DNA of 64,000 nucleotides from an uncultured Chloroflexia bacterium (GTDB lineage Bacteria > Chloroflexota > Ktedonobacteria > Ktedonobacterales > JADMIN01): positions 54,390-118,389 of the forward strand of contig CAWGVQ010000011.1 of the NCBI GenBank assembly GCA_963826075.1. The letters are read 5' to 3'. The position numbers and the translations under genes were made by a program. Positions 47,044 to 57,177 of this stretch are shown here, piece by piece. Within the stretch, counting starts at the first letter, position 1; each line of letters opens with the position of its first letter. The notes beneath the pieces are model-generated. The model was not told the origin of the DNA, did not search any database, and saw nothing but the letters and a program-made list of their open reading frames with translations.

Positions 47044-47961
47044 ATGATACATGCGGTTCCGTCACCCTGGAGTTGGAACCTCGACCCTACGGTCCCTATC
47101 TTCGGAATATTGCTGCTTGGCAGCTACCTATTCGCTATTACCCGGCCGGGCATAGGCGACCGAAATCAGCCGGTATCACGGCGACGCGTCGCCTACTTTG
47201 TTACCGGCGTCGTCTCGTTGGTGCTGACCGTCTCGTCACCACTGGACACTGTTGGTCGATATTACCTACTCTCCGCTCACACTCTACAGTTGTTCATCTT
47301 GATTACTATCACTGCGCCATTTTTGCTGCTGGGACTCCCCGAGTGGCTGGTGACCCGATTGCTTCCGACTCAGGCGCTGCGAGATGCCACGCGAGGCATG
47401 CTCTTTCCCGTAGTGGCGGCGGCGCTCTTCAATGCCATCATCTTTCTCTGGTATGACGCACCGCTCTACGAGGCGGCAGTTGGTAACACAGAGATACACA
47501 ATCTGCAGATGCTCTGCTTCCTCGTCGCCGGTATGTTGACCTGGTGGCCGGTGCTGACGCCGATGGATCGGCATACGCGAATGAGCACGCCGTTCCAGAT
47601 GCTGTATCTGGGGCTTGAGAGCCTGCCACTTGATGTTTTCGGCGTCATCATGATCTTTGCGGGGAGTGTATTCTACACCAGCGATGCCACCGCGCCTCGA
47701 ATCCTTCAGCTCACGCCTCTGGTCGACCAGCAGATCGCCGGTGGTCTGCTGGCAGTGCCCGGCAATCTGCTTGACGTGGTGCTGTTCAGTGTCGTTTTCT
47801 TCAGCTGGCTGGAACACCAGGAAAAGGAGCAGCGCGCCCGTGAGCGCGAGGAGTATGCACTCGAGGATACCGCAGTCGAATCCGACCCGGGCCGCGACAG
47901 AGTATCAGGCGCTCAGAGCGCCGGCCTACCGGAATCGGCCAGTGAGGTGCTGCCTGGCTGA
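47044..47961 (+). CDS. ctaG: Cytochrome c oxidase (caa3-type) assembly factor CtaG family membrane protein
   Basis: WSWNLDP start, SAHTLQLFILITITAPFLLLGLP, LTWWPVLTP, DQQIAGGLL; about 7 TM. Pattern typical of the Bacillus-type Caa3_CtaG family. Confidence 0.75.
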   Translation: MIHAVPSPWSWNLDPTVPIFGILLLGSYLFAITRPGIGDRNQPVSRRRVAYFVTGVVSLVLTVSSPLDTVGRYYLLSAHTLQLFILITITAPFLLLGLPEWLVTRLLPTQALRDATRGMLFPVVAAALFNAIIFLWYDAPLYEAAVGNTEIHNLQMLCFLVAGMLTWWPVLTPMDRHTRMSTPFQMLYLGLESLPLDVFGVIMIFAGSVFYTSDATAPRILQLTPLVDQQIAGGLLAVPGNLLDVVLFSVVFFSWLEHQEKEQRAREREEYALEDTAVESDPGRDRVSGAQSAGLPESASEVLPG

Positions 47962-47997
47962 TTCCCCGAGCTAGCCGCCCGTTCAAACATCAGGGCT

Positions 47998-49533
47998 TCA
48001 GCTTGAAGTGGCGCCCGGTTGCCAGCGCACTAGCGCCGCACAGATATAGATAGTCCAAACCACCAGCGGAAGCAGGACGATATAGATGCTCACCTGCTGG
48101 GCGATGCCTAAATAATACTGGGCCAGATTTAACGGCGTGGGACCGAATCCGGGAGTGGACGGAATAAATCCAGTTGACAGCACTGGAAGGTACAGACCGC
48201 TGATGGGATAGGTGAGCAAGGTGTGGTATTCACGCACCCCCGTCACCACGTAGAGGTAGGAGAGCAGTACGCCAATCGCCAGCAGTACGGCGAAGGCTCC
48301 GCGAATTACCGCATGCCCGTCATCCACCACCCAGGCAAGCGCCAGACAAGCAAACGGCAGCATGGGTACCAGCAGGCGAGGACCCGGTAGATTCTGGCCG
48401 GCCATTGGCAGGTAGTACGAAGAGATTACCAGGGGATAGACTATCGAGATGCCCAGGCAAACCAGCATCTCCGGCGATGGCCGGACCGTGGAGCGCCACC
48501 AGCGCACAAACCCAAGAGCTACGAAGACCAGGAACGGTGACTCGACCAGTAGGCCACGAGGCCAGGCCAGTATTTGCACCAGGCCGGACAGTTGAGGCAG
48601 TGTAATCCCAAAGAAGCCGGTGTGTTGCCCGCTGAATTGCTGGCCAGTCACCGAGTCGTAGCTAATGTGTAATGGGTTGCCGAAGGCGAACCAGTCGTAC
48701 CAGCCAAGTAGTAGCGCGCTGGGCACCATTCCCAGTCCAAAGAGGATCAGCATCCGCAGCCGTCGACCGGGAAAGACGGCCAGCACATAGGCGCAGAGCG
48801 CCAGCATGATGATACCCGAGGGGTACTCGGTGATCACCGCATATCCCACTAGCAGGCCTGCCAGCAGGACCAGCCGTTCTGGGCGAGGTGAGCTTCTGGC
48901 GCGATAAAGAGCGTAGAATCCAATCAGCATCAAGCCGCCGCCCATAGCATGGCTAAAGAAGGATACCCCGAAGGGATACTCCAGTGTCCCCAGCGCAAAA
49001 GCGGTGGTGAGGACAAACGGGATCGGCGTACCCGCGAGCGTGGGACGAAGCAGCAGCACGAACCGATAAAAGACGATGGCAGCGATGAGGGCGATAGGCA
49101 CTACCGTGCAGACGGTGAGGAGCGGTACGGCGATGTTCAATGTCGCGCCGGTCACCGGCGGGTTGTGCAACCACAGTTGCACCATGTCAAACACCGGGAC
49201 CGCCAGGAGAGATAGTCCCAGAGACCGGGGGGAGTAGTAGTGCCCCAGATACATACTGACATCGATGGTGTTTTTGTGCAGTATGTCAATTCTGGCCGTG
49301 CCATGGGCCAGCGCCCAGACCATGTCGTAGCGGCTTACCGTATTGGTACCAGACGGCTCCAGAAAAAAGACGTAGCAGAGGACCAGCAACCCAAAGAACA
49401 GCCACTCGCTACGCGACGGACGAGCGGCGGCGGCGCGTACTCGCTGCAGCCAAGCTGCCTGCTTCGATTGGGGCTCGTCGTCTCTCGTCGTTGGTGGTGT
49501 CTGTTGTATCCCCCCAGATAACGGCATTGCCAC
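47998..49533 (-). CDS. Polytopic membrane protein, possibly a GT-C-fold glycosyltransferase
   Basis: 12 or more TM segments. First-loop RYDMVWA and GHYYSPRSLGLSLLAVP resemble GT-C (ArnT/PMT-like) enzymes. Family not confirmed. Confidence 0.55.
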   Translation of the reverse strand: MAMPLSGGIQQTPPTTRDDEPQSKQAAWLQRVRAAAARPSRSEWLFFGLLVLCYVFFLEPSGTNTVSRYDMVWALAHGTARIDILHKNTIDVSMYLGHYYSPRSLGLSLLAVPVFDMVQLWLHNPPVTGATLNIAVPLLTVCTVVPIALIAAIVFYRFVLLLRPTLAGTPIPFVLTTAFALGTLEYPFGVSFFSHAMGGGLMLIGFYALYRARSSPRPERLVLLAGLLVGYAVITEYPSGIIMLALCAYVLAVFPGRRLRMLILFGLGMVPSALLLGWYDWFAFGNPLHISYDSVTGQQFSGQHTGFFGITLPQLSGLVQILAWPRGLLVESPFLVFVALGFVRWWRSTVRPSPEMLVCLGISIVYPLVISSYYLPMAGQNLPGPRLLVPMLPFACLALAWVVDDGHAVIRGAFAVLLAIGVLLSYLYVVTGVREYHTLLTYPISGLYLPVLSTGFIPSTPGFGPTPLNLAQYYLGIAQQVSIYIVLLPLVVWTIYICAALVRWQPGATSS

Positions 49534-49625
49534 TGCCCTTTCGGAACCAGTTACTCTCAGTCACGATTCGTCGGGAAGCAAAGGCTCATTTAACGAGCCT
49601 AGTATAGCTTCGCCCGAGATGCAAG

Positions 49626-50546
49626 TCAATTTCCGTCAAACGAGGCCTGGGCTACGGCGGTATGGCGCAGCAGTGCCTTGCCGTTACGCCAGAGCAAGTT
49701 TTGCCTTGCCTCGTCGCTCCAGCCCTCCAAATTCATAAAATCACTGAGCCAGCGCTCGGGAGTGATGAAGGGATAATCTGAGCCGAAGAGAAACTTGTTA
49801 TTGAGCCTGCCTGCCGCTTCTTTGAGAAGCGACGCCGGAATATAGCGTGGAGACCAGCCGGAAAGGTCGTTATACACGTTCGGCTTGTGCTGTAATATGG
49901 CAATCATTTCTTGTTCCCACGGCCAGGAAGGATGGGCGCCGACGATAGTCAGGGACGGGAAATCGGCGGCGAGGCTGTCCAGATGTATTGGTCTTGTATA
50001 GTCCAGTTTCACTCCGCCGCCTCCAGGCATACCGGCGCCCAGTCCACTGGTTCCGGTATGAAACAGCGCAGGAATGCCTAGGGAGTCGATCTTCTCGAAG
50101 AGAGGGGCAAAGCGCTTATCACTCGGATAGAACGCCTGTATGCCGGGATGAAACTTGGCTCCGGAGAGTCCCAGGTCTTTTACCGCCCGCTCGATCTCGG
50201 CGATCGCCTGGTCGCCCTTGTGGGGATCCACACTGGCAAAGCCCACGAATCGCCCTGGGTAGCGCCTGACGATTTCGGCAACCGTGTCATTGCGTAGCGG
50301 CTTCTGACCAGTAGCGGTTTCGGCGTCCCAGGCGAGCAACACTCCAATCATGTCCTGTGTCGCGTAGTAATCAGCGATTTCCTCGATGTCGCGAAGCTTC
50401 ACTTCGATGTGAAAGTATTGCTCGGTCGCCGCTCGATATTTACCAATAGCGACATCCATGAATTCAGCGATTGGTAAATGCACATGAAAATCAATGGCTC
50501 GTGGCACTCTCGTCTCCCTTACCTGGTACACAAAATGGCACGTCAT
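49626..50546 (-). CDS. Metal-dependent amidohydrolase (amidohydrolase_2/TIM-barrel family)
   Basis: IDFHVHLP metal motif, FHTG, GSDYPF. Confidence 0.82.
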   Translation of the reverse strand: MTCHFVYQVRETRVPRAIDFHVHLPIAEFMDVAIGKYRAATEQYFHIEVKLRDIEEIADYYATQDMIGVLLAWDAETATGQKPLRNDTVAEIVRRYPGRFVGFASVDPHKGDQAIAEIERAVKDLGLSGAKFHPGIQAFYPSDKRFAPLFEKIDSLGIPALFHTGTSGLGAGMPGGGGVKLDYTRPIHLDSLAADFPSLTIVGAHPSWPWEQEMIAILQHKPNVYNDLSGWSPRYIPASLLKEAAGRLNNKFLFGSDYPFITPERWLSDFMNLEGWSDEARQNLLWRNGKALLRHTAVAQASFDGN

Positions 50547-50727
50547 TATACCAATAGTAGTATATGCCAGAACCTGGCCTTCACGATGTCTAACTTCTCC
50601 CCAATGTCCGCTCTTTGCTCATTGCCTGGCGAGCGGCAACTGTGCTACACTCGCTCCGATTAGGTATATACTTACAGTGGTTCATTACAATTTCGGTTTG
50701 TTCGAGTCATGTGCTAGGTATACAAAG

Positions 50728-52215
50728 ATGCCAGTCCCGGAAAACCCTCCCATTGCTTCTAATGTTGCTGGCGTTGACGGCGAAGCGTCACCACCAGAGC
50801 GAACTAAACGACCACATGCGACTGCAGCAAGTGCCCGTCTGGCACTGGCGCTCTCCGCCGGCAAGCTTGCCGGCTCGACTGGTAGGCTGCTAAGAGTAGG
50901 TGGCGGTACCAGCTTTCCCGGTGTCGTGGCTCGCCGGATCGACCCACAAGTGCTTCGCAAGGTCGTGGGCGAGAGCGGTGCACGCAAAATTATTGTCTGC
51001 GGCAGCAACGGTAAGACAACTACGTGCCGCATGTTGGCAGCGATAGCCCAATCAGCGGGCCAGCGAGTAACCCAGAATCGAACCGGCTCGAACCTTTTGC
51101 AGGGAGTAACGTCGGCGGCAGTCAATGGTGCCAGTCTACTTGGCCGGCTGCAGACTGATGTGCTGGTTTTTGAGATTGATGAGGCAACTATCCGCCATGC
51201 TGTACCCGAGATCAAGCCCGATGTGATCATCGTTAACAATATCTTCCGCGACCAGCTCGATCGCTATGGTGAGCTCTACGCGGTGGCTAATTCCCTGGAA
51301 CGCATGATAAGTGAGCTACCTGCTGAGGCCACTGCCGTTCTAAACGGCGACGATCCTCTGGTGGCCAGCTTCGCCCCCGGAGCCAGGGCCAAACGGCTCT
51401 ATTTTGGCATGGTGACCGATGATGTAGGCACCCAGGTCCCCGAGCATGCTGCCGATACCATTCGCTGCGTACGATGCCAACACGATCTGGTTTACACCAA
51501 GGCGTATATCTCCCATCTGGGCGCCTACCGCTGCCCCAATTGCGGGTACGCCCGCCCGCCGCTTGACCTCGAGGTCGTACATGTCAGGCTCGATGCCAGC
51601 GGGCCCTCGCCGATTGAGATGAAGACGCCGGCTGGGCCGCTGGCCTTTGATCTGGCTTTACCTGGCCTGCACAACGTCTATAACGCGGCTGCCGCAGTGG
51701 GTGGGGCTTTGGCGCTCGGTATTGACCTCACTGCGGTACCCGGCGCCATGGCGACATTGCGCCCTGCATTTGGACGGCTTGAGACCATCGAAGCGGGAAA
51801 CCGACGCATCGTGCTGGCGTTCGTCAAGAATCCCATCTCTTACAACACGACTCTACGCACCATTCTCCAGCGGCCGGGACCGAAGCACATTCTCTCGGCG
51901 CATAGCAATGCTCTTACCGATGGCGAGGATTTTGCCTGGCTCTGGGATATCGAGTTGGAGGAATTGACGCCGCAGCTCTCCTCGTTGGTCACCAGCGGTA
52001 CCAAGGCGGAGGAGCTGGCCATGCGATTCAAATATGCCGGCGTGCCCGAGAATGCGATGCAGGTCGTTCCGGATCGTACGGCGGCGTTGGACCGGGCGCT
52101 ATCCAACGTTGAACCTGGAGGAACTCTCTATATTCTCTCCGGCTACACACCGCTGCACGAGTTACGCCGGGTGATGGTACAACGCGGCTGGGCGCAGCCG
52201 TTCTGGGAGGAGTAA
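50728..52215 (+). CDS. murT: Lipid II isoglutaminyl synthase, Mur-ligase-like subunit
   Basis: P-loop VCGSNGKTTT. MurT-specific Cys4 ribbon CVRCQHDL...YRCPNCGY. C-terminal DUF1727-like domain. Followed by gatD. ORF-track start 50494 trimmed to ATG 50728. Confidence 0.88.
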   Translation: MPVPENPPIASNVAGVDGEASPPERTKRPHATAASARLALALSAGKLAGSTGRLLRVGGGTSFPGVVARRIDPQVLRKVVGESGARKIIVCGSNGKTTTCRMLAAIAQSAGQRVTQNRTGSNLLQGVTSAAVNGASLLGRLQTDVLVFEIDEATIRHAVPEIKPDVIIVNNIFRDQLDRYGELYAVANSLERMISELPAEATAVLNGDDPLVASFAPGARAKRLYFGMVTDDVGTQVPEHAADTIRCVRCQHDLVYTKAYISHLGAYRCPNCGYARPPLDLEVVHVRLDASGPSPIEMKTPAGPLAFDLALPGLHNVYNAAAAVGGALALGIDLTAVPGAMATLRPAFGRLETIEAGNRRIVLAFVKNPISYNTTLRTILQRPGPKHILSAHSNALTDGEDFAWLWDIELEELTPQLSSLVTSGTKAEELAMRFKYAGVPENAMQVVPDRTAALDRALSNVEPGGTLYILSGYTPLHELRRVMVQRGWAQPFWEE

Positions 52216-52222
52216 CCAACCA

Positions 52223-53011
52223 ATGCAACCGATGACGTTACGTATCTGTCACCTCTATCCAACGCTGCTCAGTATCGCCGGCGATCGCGGCAACCTCATG
52301 GCAATTCAGCGGCGCTGCGCCTGGCGCGGATTTGATACTGAGGTCACAGAGGTAGCGGTTGGGGATCGCGCCGATTTCAGTACATTCGACTTGATACTCT
52401 TTCACGGCGGCCAGGACAAGGAGATGGATGTGGCCGCCCGTGATTTGGAAGGCAAAGCATCTAGCCTGCGTGAAGCAGCTGAATCTGATGTGGTGATACT
52501 GGCAGTCTGCGCTGGATATCAACTGCTGGGACACTACTACCAGCCATTCAAAGGTCCAAGACTGGAGGGTGTTGGCGCGCTGGATATCCACACTGAGGGC
52601 GGCAATACCCGCTTCATGAACCATCTAGCCATGGAATGCGACTTCGCGCCTGGTGGTCCGCAGCGACTGGTAGGCTTTGAGAACCATAGTGGGCGTACCT
52701 ATCTTGGTCCTGGAGCCGAGCCACTCGGCAGGGTGGTCGCCGGGAGCGGTAATAACGGACAGGACGGTAGTGAGGGCGCGCGCTACCGCCAGGTCTACGG
52801 CACCTATCTGCATGGGCCGGTTCTACCGAAGAACCCATGGTTCACCGACCTCTTGACCTGGCAGGGTCTCCAGCATCGCTATGGCGACGTGGCTCCTCTG
52901 GCGAAGCTTGCTGATGGTGTGGAGGAGCGGGCACATGCCGCCGCCTACAGGATGGCCTTACGCATGCGGGGTAAGTTGACTGCTATGGAAGCCACTTCCT
53001 GGGCGGGTTAG
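52223..53011 (+). CDS. gatD: Lipid II isoglutaminyl synthase, glutaminase subunit (CobQ-type GATase)
   Basis: LRICHLYPTLLSIAGDRGN, catalytic Cys AVCAGYQLLG, His in YLHGPVLPKNP. Shine-Dalgarno overlaps the murT stop. Confidence 0.88.
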   Translation: MQPMTLRICHLYPTLLSIAGDRGNLMAIQRRCAWRGFDTEVTEVAVGDRADFSTFDLILFHGGQDKEMDVAARDLEGKASSLREAAESDVVILAVCAGYQLLGHYYQPFKGPRLEGVGALDIHTEGGNTRFMNHLAMECDFAPGGPQRLVGFENHSGRTYLGPGAEPLGRVVAGSGNNGQDGSEGARYRQVYGTYLHGPVLPKNPWFTDLLTWQGLQHRYGDVAPLAKLADGVEERAHAAAYRMALRMRGKLTAMEATSWAG

Positions 53012-53096
53012 ATCGGCATGCAGCGAGGGCATTTAGGCTGAATATGTCATATAATACAGTTTGCACCGGGTCTTCTCACGTGAGAGCAGTAAAGGT

Positions 53097-53255
53097 ATGA
53101 ACCAGAAAAGGCGCATCCGCCTGAGCACAATGGAGATCGTCCTGATCATTACGTTGATTGGCTCTTTGCTACTGAGCTTGTTGCAGGCATTCCAGCAGGA
53201 ACGCCTCCAGGCGGCCAATTACACGGATCATGATGTGAGTGGAGAGCATCAGTAG
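53097..53255 (+). CDS. Candidate small single-TM protein (52 aa)
   Basis: MNQKRRIRLSTMEIVLIITLIGSLLLSLL... AAAGG lies 2 nt before ATG 53097; TATAAT at 53052-53057. No family assignment. Confidence 0.3.
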   Translation: MNQKRRIRLSTMEIVLIITLIGSLLLSLLQAFQQERLQAANYTDHDVSGEHQ

Positions 53256-53269
53256 CTGAGCTAGAGATT

Positions 53270-53325
53270 CGCCCCATTTACCCGTCTGACACTGGGCCTC
53301 TAGGCCGGTTTGGGTAGATGGGGCG
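53270..53325 (+). other. Long stem-loop (14-bp stem with one G-U, internal GGCC/GGCC mini-hairpin) between the small ORF and prfA
   Basis: CGCCCCATTTACCC (53270-53283) pairs with GGGTAGATGGGGCG (53312-53325). No T-tract follows. Confidence 0.6.
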
Positions 53326-53367
53326 TCGCTATGTCTACGTGTTTACTCTACTACCTATGGTTCCAAC

Positions 53368-54495
53368 ATGCCATTAGCATATAGGAGCGAACGAGCAGTG
53401 ACTACAAGAACGATTGATATCGACGGCAAGCTAGCGTCAATCGAGAGCCGCTATGAGGAGATCAGCCATCTCATGGCCCAGCCGGAGGTTACCAGCGATC
53501 CGACGCTCCTCGAGCGCTACGGGCGCGAGTACTCGAGTTTGACCGACGTTGTACAGGCATACCGTGCTCTACAATCTATCCGCTCCGAAGTCGCCGGCAC
53601 CGAAGCGATGCTGCAGGATACTCAAGATGATGAGTTGAGAGATCTTGCCCGCACCGAACTACAGGAGCTGCGGCAGCGTGAGGAAGCGCTGCTGAAAGAT
53701 ATGCAGATCGCGCTGCTACCCAAGGACATCATGGATGATCGCAATGCCATTATTACCATTCAAGCGGGTGCGGGTGGTGATGAAGCCGGCCTTTTCGCCG
53801 CTGATCTGTTTCGAATGTACACCCGCTACGCCGAAAATCGGCGCTGGACGGTGGAGGTGCTGAGTACGAGCCAGAGCGGCGCCGGCGGCTTCCGTGAAGT
53901 GGTCTTTGAGGTTCGCGGGCGGGGTGCGTATGCGCGCCTTAAGTACGAGGGCGGCACCCACCGGGTACAGCGAGTGCCCACTACCGAGGCGCAGGGACGT
54001 ATCCATACGTCGACGGCGAAAGTAATAGTACTGCCCGAGGCTGAGGAACTTGAGGTCGAGATCCGGCCGGAAGATCTTCGAGTGGATGTGTACCGATCTA
54101 CCGGGCATGGTGGCCAGAGTGTTAATACCACCGACTCGGCGGTGCGAATCACCCACATCCCGTCCGGACTGGTAGTCACCTGCCAGGATGAAAAGTCGCA
54201 GATCAAGAATAAAGCCAAGGCACTGGGGGTGCTTCGCTCGCGCCTTTGGGATCTGGAGCAGGAAAAGCGGGCGGCAGCAGAAGGCGCTGCCAGGCGCTCG
54301 CAGGTGCAACTGGGTGATCGAAGCGAAAAAATTCGTACCTACAACTTCCCCCAGGATCGCATTACCGATCACCGTATCAATTTTACCGTTCACAACTTGC
54401 CGCGCGTACTTGACGGCGACCTAGATGCCTTGATCGACGCGCTCATTACCTCGGAGCAGGCAGAAAAACTGGCAAGCGTGTTTGACGACGAGTAA
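53368..54495 (+). CDS. prfA: Peptide chain release factor 1
   Basis: GGQ motif ([20 protein letters not shown]). RF1-type PxT tripeptide ([17 protein letters not shown]). An alternative GTG start at 53398 lies 10 nt after AGGAG. Confidence 0.93.
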   Translation: MPLAYRSERAVTTRTIDIDGKLASIESRYEEISHLMAQPEVTSDPTLLERYGREYSSLTDVVQAYRALQSIRSEVAGTEAMLQDTQDDELRDLARTELQELRQREEALLKDMQIALLPKDIMDDRNAIITIQAGAGGDEAGLFAADLFRMYTRYAENRRWTVEVLSTSQSGAGGFREVVFEVRGRGAYARLKYEGGTHRVQRVPTTEAQGRIHTSTAKVIVLPEAEELEVEIRPEDLRVDVYRSTGHGGQSVNTTDSAVRITHIPSGLVVTCQDEKSQIKNKAKALGVLRSRLWDLEQEKRAAAEGAARRSQVQLGDRSEKIRTYNFPQDRITDHRINFTVHNLPRVLDGDLDALIDALITSEQAEKLASVFDDE

Positions 54496-54505
54496 GGAGA
54501 ATTTC

Positions 54506-55405
54506 ATGGGAATGGACCTGTGGGAGCCCGACTGGCAACGATTCTCCAGTGAAACCGAGCTGCCTGCGCTACAAATTCGCCCACTTGGTGAGCAGGACCA
54601 GCCTTTGATGGAAGCGCTCTTCGCGAAGAGCCCAGGCTATTCCCTGTTTCTCCGCGTTAATCTCACCTATCTCCACTCGAGCAGGGATCTGGTCAGGTAT
54701 TGGGGAGCTTGTAGGGGCAAGCAGCTGGCGGGGGTTCTGATGATAGTGGGACAGCGGGCTATGCTCTATGCCGAGCCGGGGATCGACCAATCGACACTCG
54801 CTCAGCTGGCCGGCGTAGCTGGCGCACACGAAGTGGACTTTACCATGGGGCAGCCGGCATGGGTTGATGCAGTGCTGCAGACATGCGGGGGACAGAGGTA
54901 CGTGCACCGGCAGGAGCACTTCCTGGCCGAGTATGCTGCATCCGGGGACAGTACCGCGCCGATTGTTGTGCCTCCTGGTGCTCTGGTACGGCGAGCGCAT
55001 CTTGGTGATCTTGAGGCACTTACTTCCCTCTACTATCGCACTGATGGTTTTGAGTCAGCGGGGGAAGATCAGCTACGCCGCACCCTCTACAGCCGCATAC
55101 GCACGACGCGCACCTGGATCGCCGAAGCGGAGGAGCGCGTAGTAAGTGCAGCCAGTACCAGTGCTGAAACTGATACTGCGGCCATGATCGGCGGTGTGTG
55201 GACGGAGCGCCGGATGCGCAACCGCGGGTTTTCCACGGCGGTCGTCTCGGCGGTGACCCGCGAGCTGATCGAAGAAGGGCGGCGTCCATTTCTCTTTTAT
55301 CTTACCGAGAACGTGACCGCCGCTCACGTCTACGCTCGCGTGGGCTATTCACCCATTGGGCGTTGGTCGGTAGCATACCTGACACCAGTAGAAGCCAGCA
55401 AGTAA
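54506..55405 (+). CDS. GNAT-family acetyltransferase
   Basis: C-terminal acetyl-CoA motif ERRMRNRGFSTAVVSAVTRELIEEG...AAHVYARVGY. ATG 54506 lies 6 nt after AAGGAG. Confidence 0.72.
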   Translation: MGMDLWEPDWQRFSSETELPALQIRPLGEQDQPLMEALFAKSPGYSLFLRVNLTYLHSSRDLVRYWGACRGKQLAGVLMIVGQRAMLYAEPGIDQSTLAQLAGVAGAHEVDFTMGQPAWVDAVLQTCGGQRYVHRQEHFLAEYAASGDSTAPIVVPPGALVRRAHLGDLEALTSLYYRTDGFESAGEDQLRRTLYSRIRTTRTWIAEAEERVVSAASTSAETDTAAMIGGVWTERRMRNRGFSTAVVSAVTRELIEEGRRPFLFYLTENVTAAHVYARVGYSPIGRWSVAYLTPVEASK

Positions 55406-55418
55406 CGGTTGATTCGTC

Positions 55419-56177
55419 ATGTACACTTTGTCACAGCCTCAGGCCATTCAAGCGGTTTTTTTCGACGTCGGCTACACCATGCTCGCTCCGCATCCATCGG
55501 TTGAAGATATCGCCAAGGCAGTCTGCGAACGGCGGGGTACACCGGTAGAACGCTTGTGCCTGGAACAACGTATGCCCCACGCGGAATCGACACTGCGGAG
55601 CCTGGTGCGAGACAATCCCTGGACCTGGAGTCAAGACAGCGCCATTGAAATGGTTTGGCGTGCCTACTTTGTGGATCTCCTCACACCCTGCCTGGCCCAT
55701 CTACCTGAGAGGGAGCTAGCCAGCTGCGCTGAAGAAGTGCGCGCAGTGTTTGAGCAAGCTAGCAGCTATGCTCTGTTCTCCGATGTGGGGCCGGTGCTGG
55801 CCGCATTGCATGGCAGAGGTCTTACTCTGGGAATTATTTCAGACTGGGGTATGAGTCTGGGCCTCATACTCAAGCATCACGACCTCATCCAGTATTTCGA
55901 CTTTGCAGTTATCTCGGCGGCGGTGCGCTTCTCCAAGCCTGACCCTGAGCTATTCGAGACCGCTTTACGGCGAGCCGACGCCATTGCCGATTACACCGTA
56001 CATGTCGGCGATTCTTACCCACTTGACGTACTGGGAGCCAGAGCCGCTGGTATCACTCCCATTCTACTCGATCGCGCTGGCGCCTTTGATGCGTCACAGA
56101 TGGACTGCATAACCATACAGGACCTGTATGGTCTTCTTGATGTCTTGCAGATCACCTCTCAGGCGCATTCCAGCTGA
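55419..56177 (+). CDS. HAD-superfamily hydrolase
   Basis: Motif I VFFDVGYTML, motif II ISDW, motif III/IV SKPD...HVGDS. Confidence 0.8.
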   Translation: MYTLSQPQAIQAVFFDVGYTMLAPHPSVEDIAKAVCERRGTPVERLCLEQRMPHAESTLRSLVRDNPWTWSQDSAIEMVWRAYFVDLLTPCLAHLPERELASCAEEVRAVFEQASSYALFSDVGPVLAALHGRGLTLGIISDWGMSLGLILKHHDLIQYFDFAVISAAVRFSKPDPELFETALRRADAIADYTVHVGDSYPLDVLGARAAGITPILLDRAGAFDASQMDCITIQDLYGLLDVLQITSQAHSS

Positions 56178-56185
56178 GAGGTGAT
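56151..56185. terminator. 12-bp perfect inverted repeat spanning the HAD stop codon, between convergent genes (possible bidirectional terminator)
   Basis: ATCACCTCTCAG (56151-56162) / CTGAGAGGTGAT (56174-56185). Confidence 0.45.
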
Positions 56186-56192
56186 CTCTCAC

Positions 56193-56990
56193 TTACGCCT
56201 TAGGAAGTACTTCGCGTAGCTCGAGGAGGAAAGCCGCGTTATAGGTCCGATCACAGTGTCCGCATGACACCGGACGCGAGTAGCGACGTACCCTCCGATA
56301 TTCCTTCTGGCACTGAGGGCAAGCGTAGATGTAGCGGTACGGTCGTGCATCTCGAAGTACCGCTTCCCGCCGCGTGGTCTCTTCCCGCAAAAGCGCACGG
56401 AGCAACTCGGGATCATGTCCGGTGATTGCCGCCTCATCTACCGAGATAGCGTCGTACCCGTGGCAATGATGCTTACGGGGATTGCCCTGGACCCGATCGG
56501 AGAGATGTATGAGTTCGTGTGCAACCGTCACCTCGATGCCCAGCGGCAGCAACTCCGGATCCACGAAGATGAGATGTCGGTACCCGGGATCTAGTTGATT
56601 TCGATTATCGACTGGATGTGCGGTAGGCTTACTAGGCGCCTCTGTACCCGCTGGCACTACTTCGCTGAAGCCGGGTAGCGTCATCTGTCTGCGGCTTGCA
56701 GTGGCAGTTGGCGCCTGTAGCGTCGCACGGCTACTACTGCCCGAAGACTGGAGGGTAGGCAGATAGCAGTAGCACCCAAGTGCCAGCGGATTGAGTCGCC
56801 GGCCCGTCCAGCGGTGGAAGTCTTTGCGGTCGTCAGTGACCGCCAGGCGAAGAGCCTCGGACGCGGGCAACCGGAGCTTGTCCCAGTAGTGCTCGAGCCA
56901 GCGCATTACGTCGGCACTGGCATTGATAAGCGGTAGGAGATCAGGATCCGGCGGCTCGGAATGGCGGAGTCGATGCGTAGTGTCCCTCAT
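56193..56990 (-). CDS. SprT-like zinc metallopeptidase-domain protein with C-terminal zinc ribbon
   Basis: HExxH (VAHELIHL) followed by CPQC...CGHC. Ser/Thr/Ala-rich insert in the N-terminal half. Confidence 0.6.
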   Translation of the reverse strand: MRDTTHRLRHSEPPDPDLLPLINASADVMRWLEHYWDKLRLPASEALRLAVTDDRKDFHRWTGRRLNPLALGCYCYLPTLQSSGSSSRATLQAPTATASRRQMTLPGFSEVVPAGTEAPSKPTAHPVDNRNQLDPGYRHLIFVDPELLPLGIEVTVAHELIHLSDRVQGNPRKHHCHGYDAISVDEAAITGHDPELLRALLREETTRREAVLRDARPYRYIYACPQCQKEYRRVRRYSRPVSCGHCDRTYNAAFLLELREVLPKA

Positions 56991-57177
56991 ATCCTGGATA
57001 CCTTATGACAGCATAGTGCTGCCGCCCCCTATACTATCTAGCGAAATGAAGCGACGGTAATCGGGGCGAGAGAATGCAGTGGGCTGCGCCACAACAGCAA
57101 CCTGGTGGCGCTCTGCTCTTTCGCGTCAATCGTAGTAACGGGTGATGGTGAATGAAGTATCGCCCAGTACTACACGA

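Noticed and set aside
53097-53255. Type IV prepilin-like N-terminus in the 52-aa ORF (RLSTMEIVLIITLIG).
   Set aside because: Aligning the Glu with pilin Glu+5 puts Arg, not Gly/Ala/Ser, at the -1 cleavage position. The protein also has no pilin globular domain. I treat it only as a possible single-TM micro-protein.
53977-53985. The RF1 codon-recognition tripeptide reads PTT rather than the familiar PAT/PVT.
   Set aside because: The motif is PxT with a variable middle residue. No altered stop-codon specificity can be inferred.
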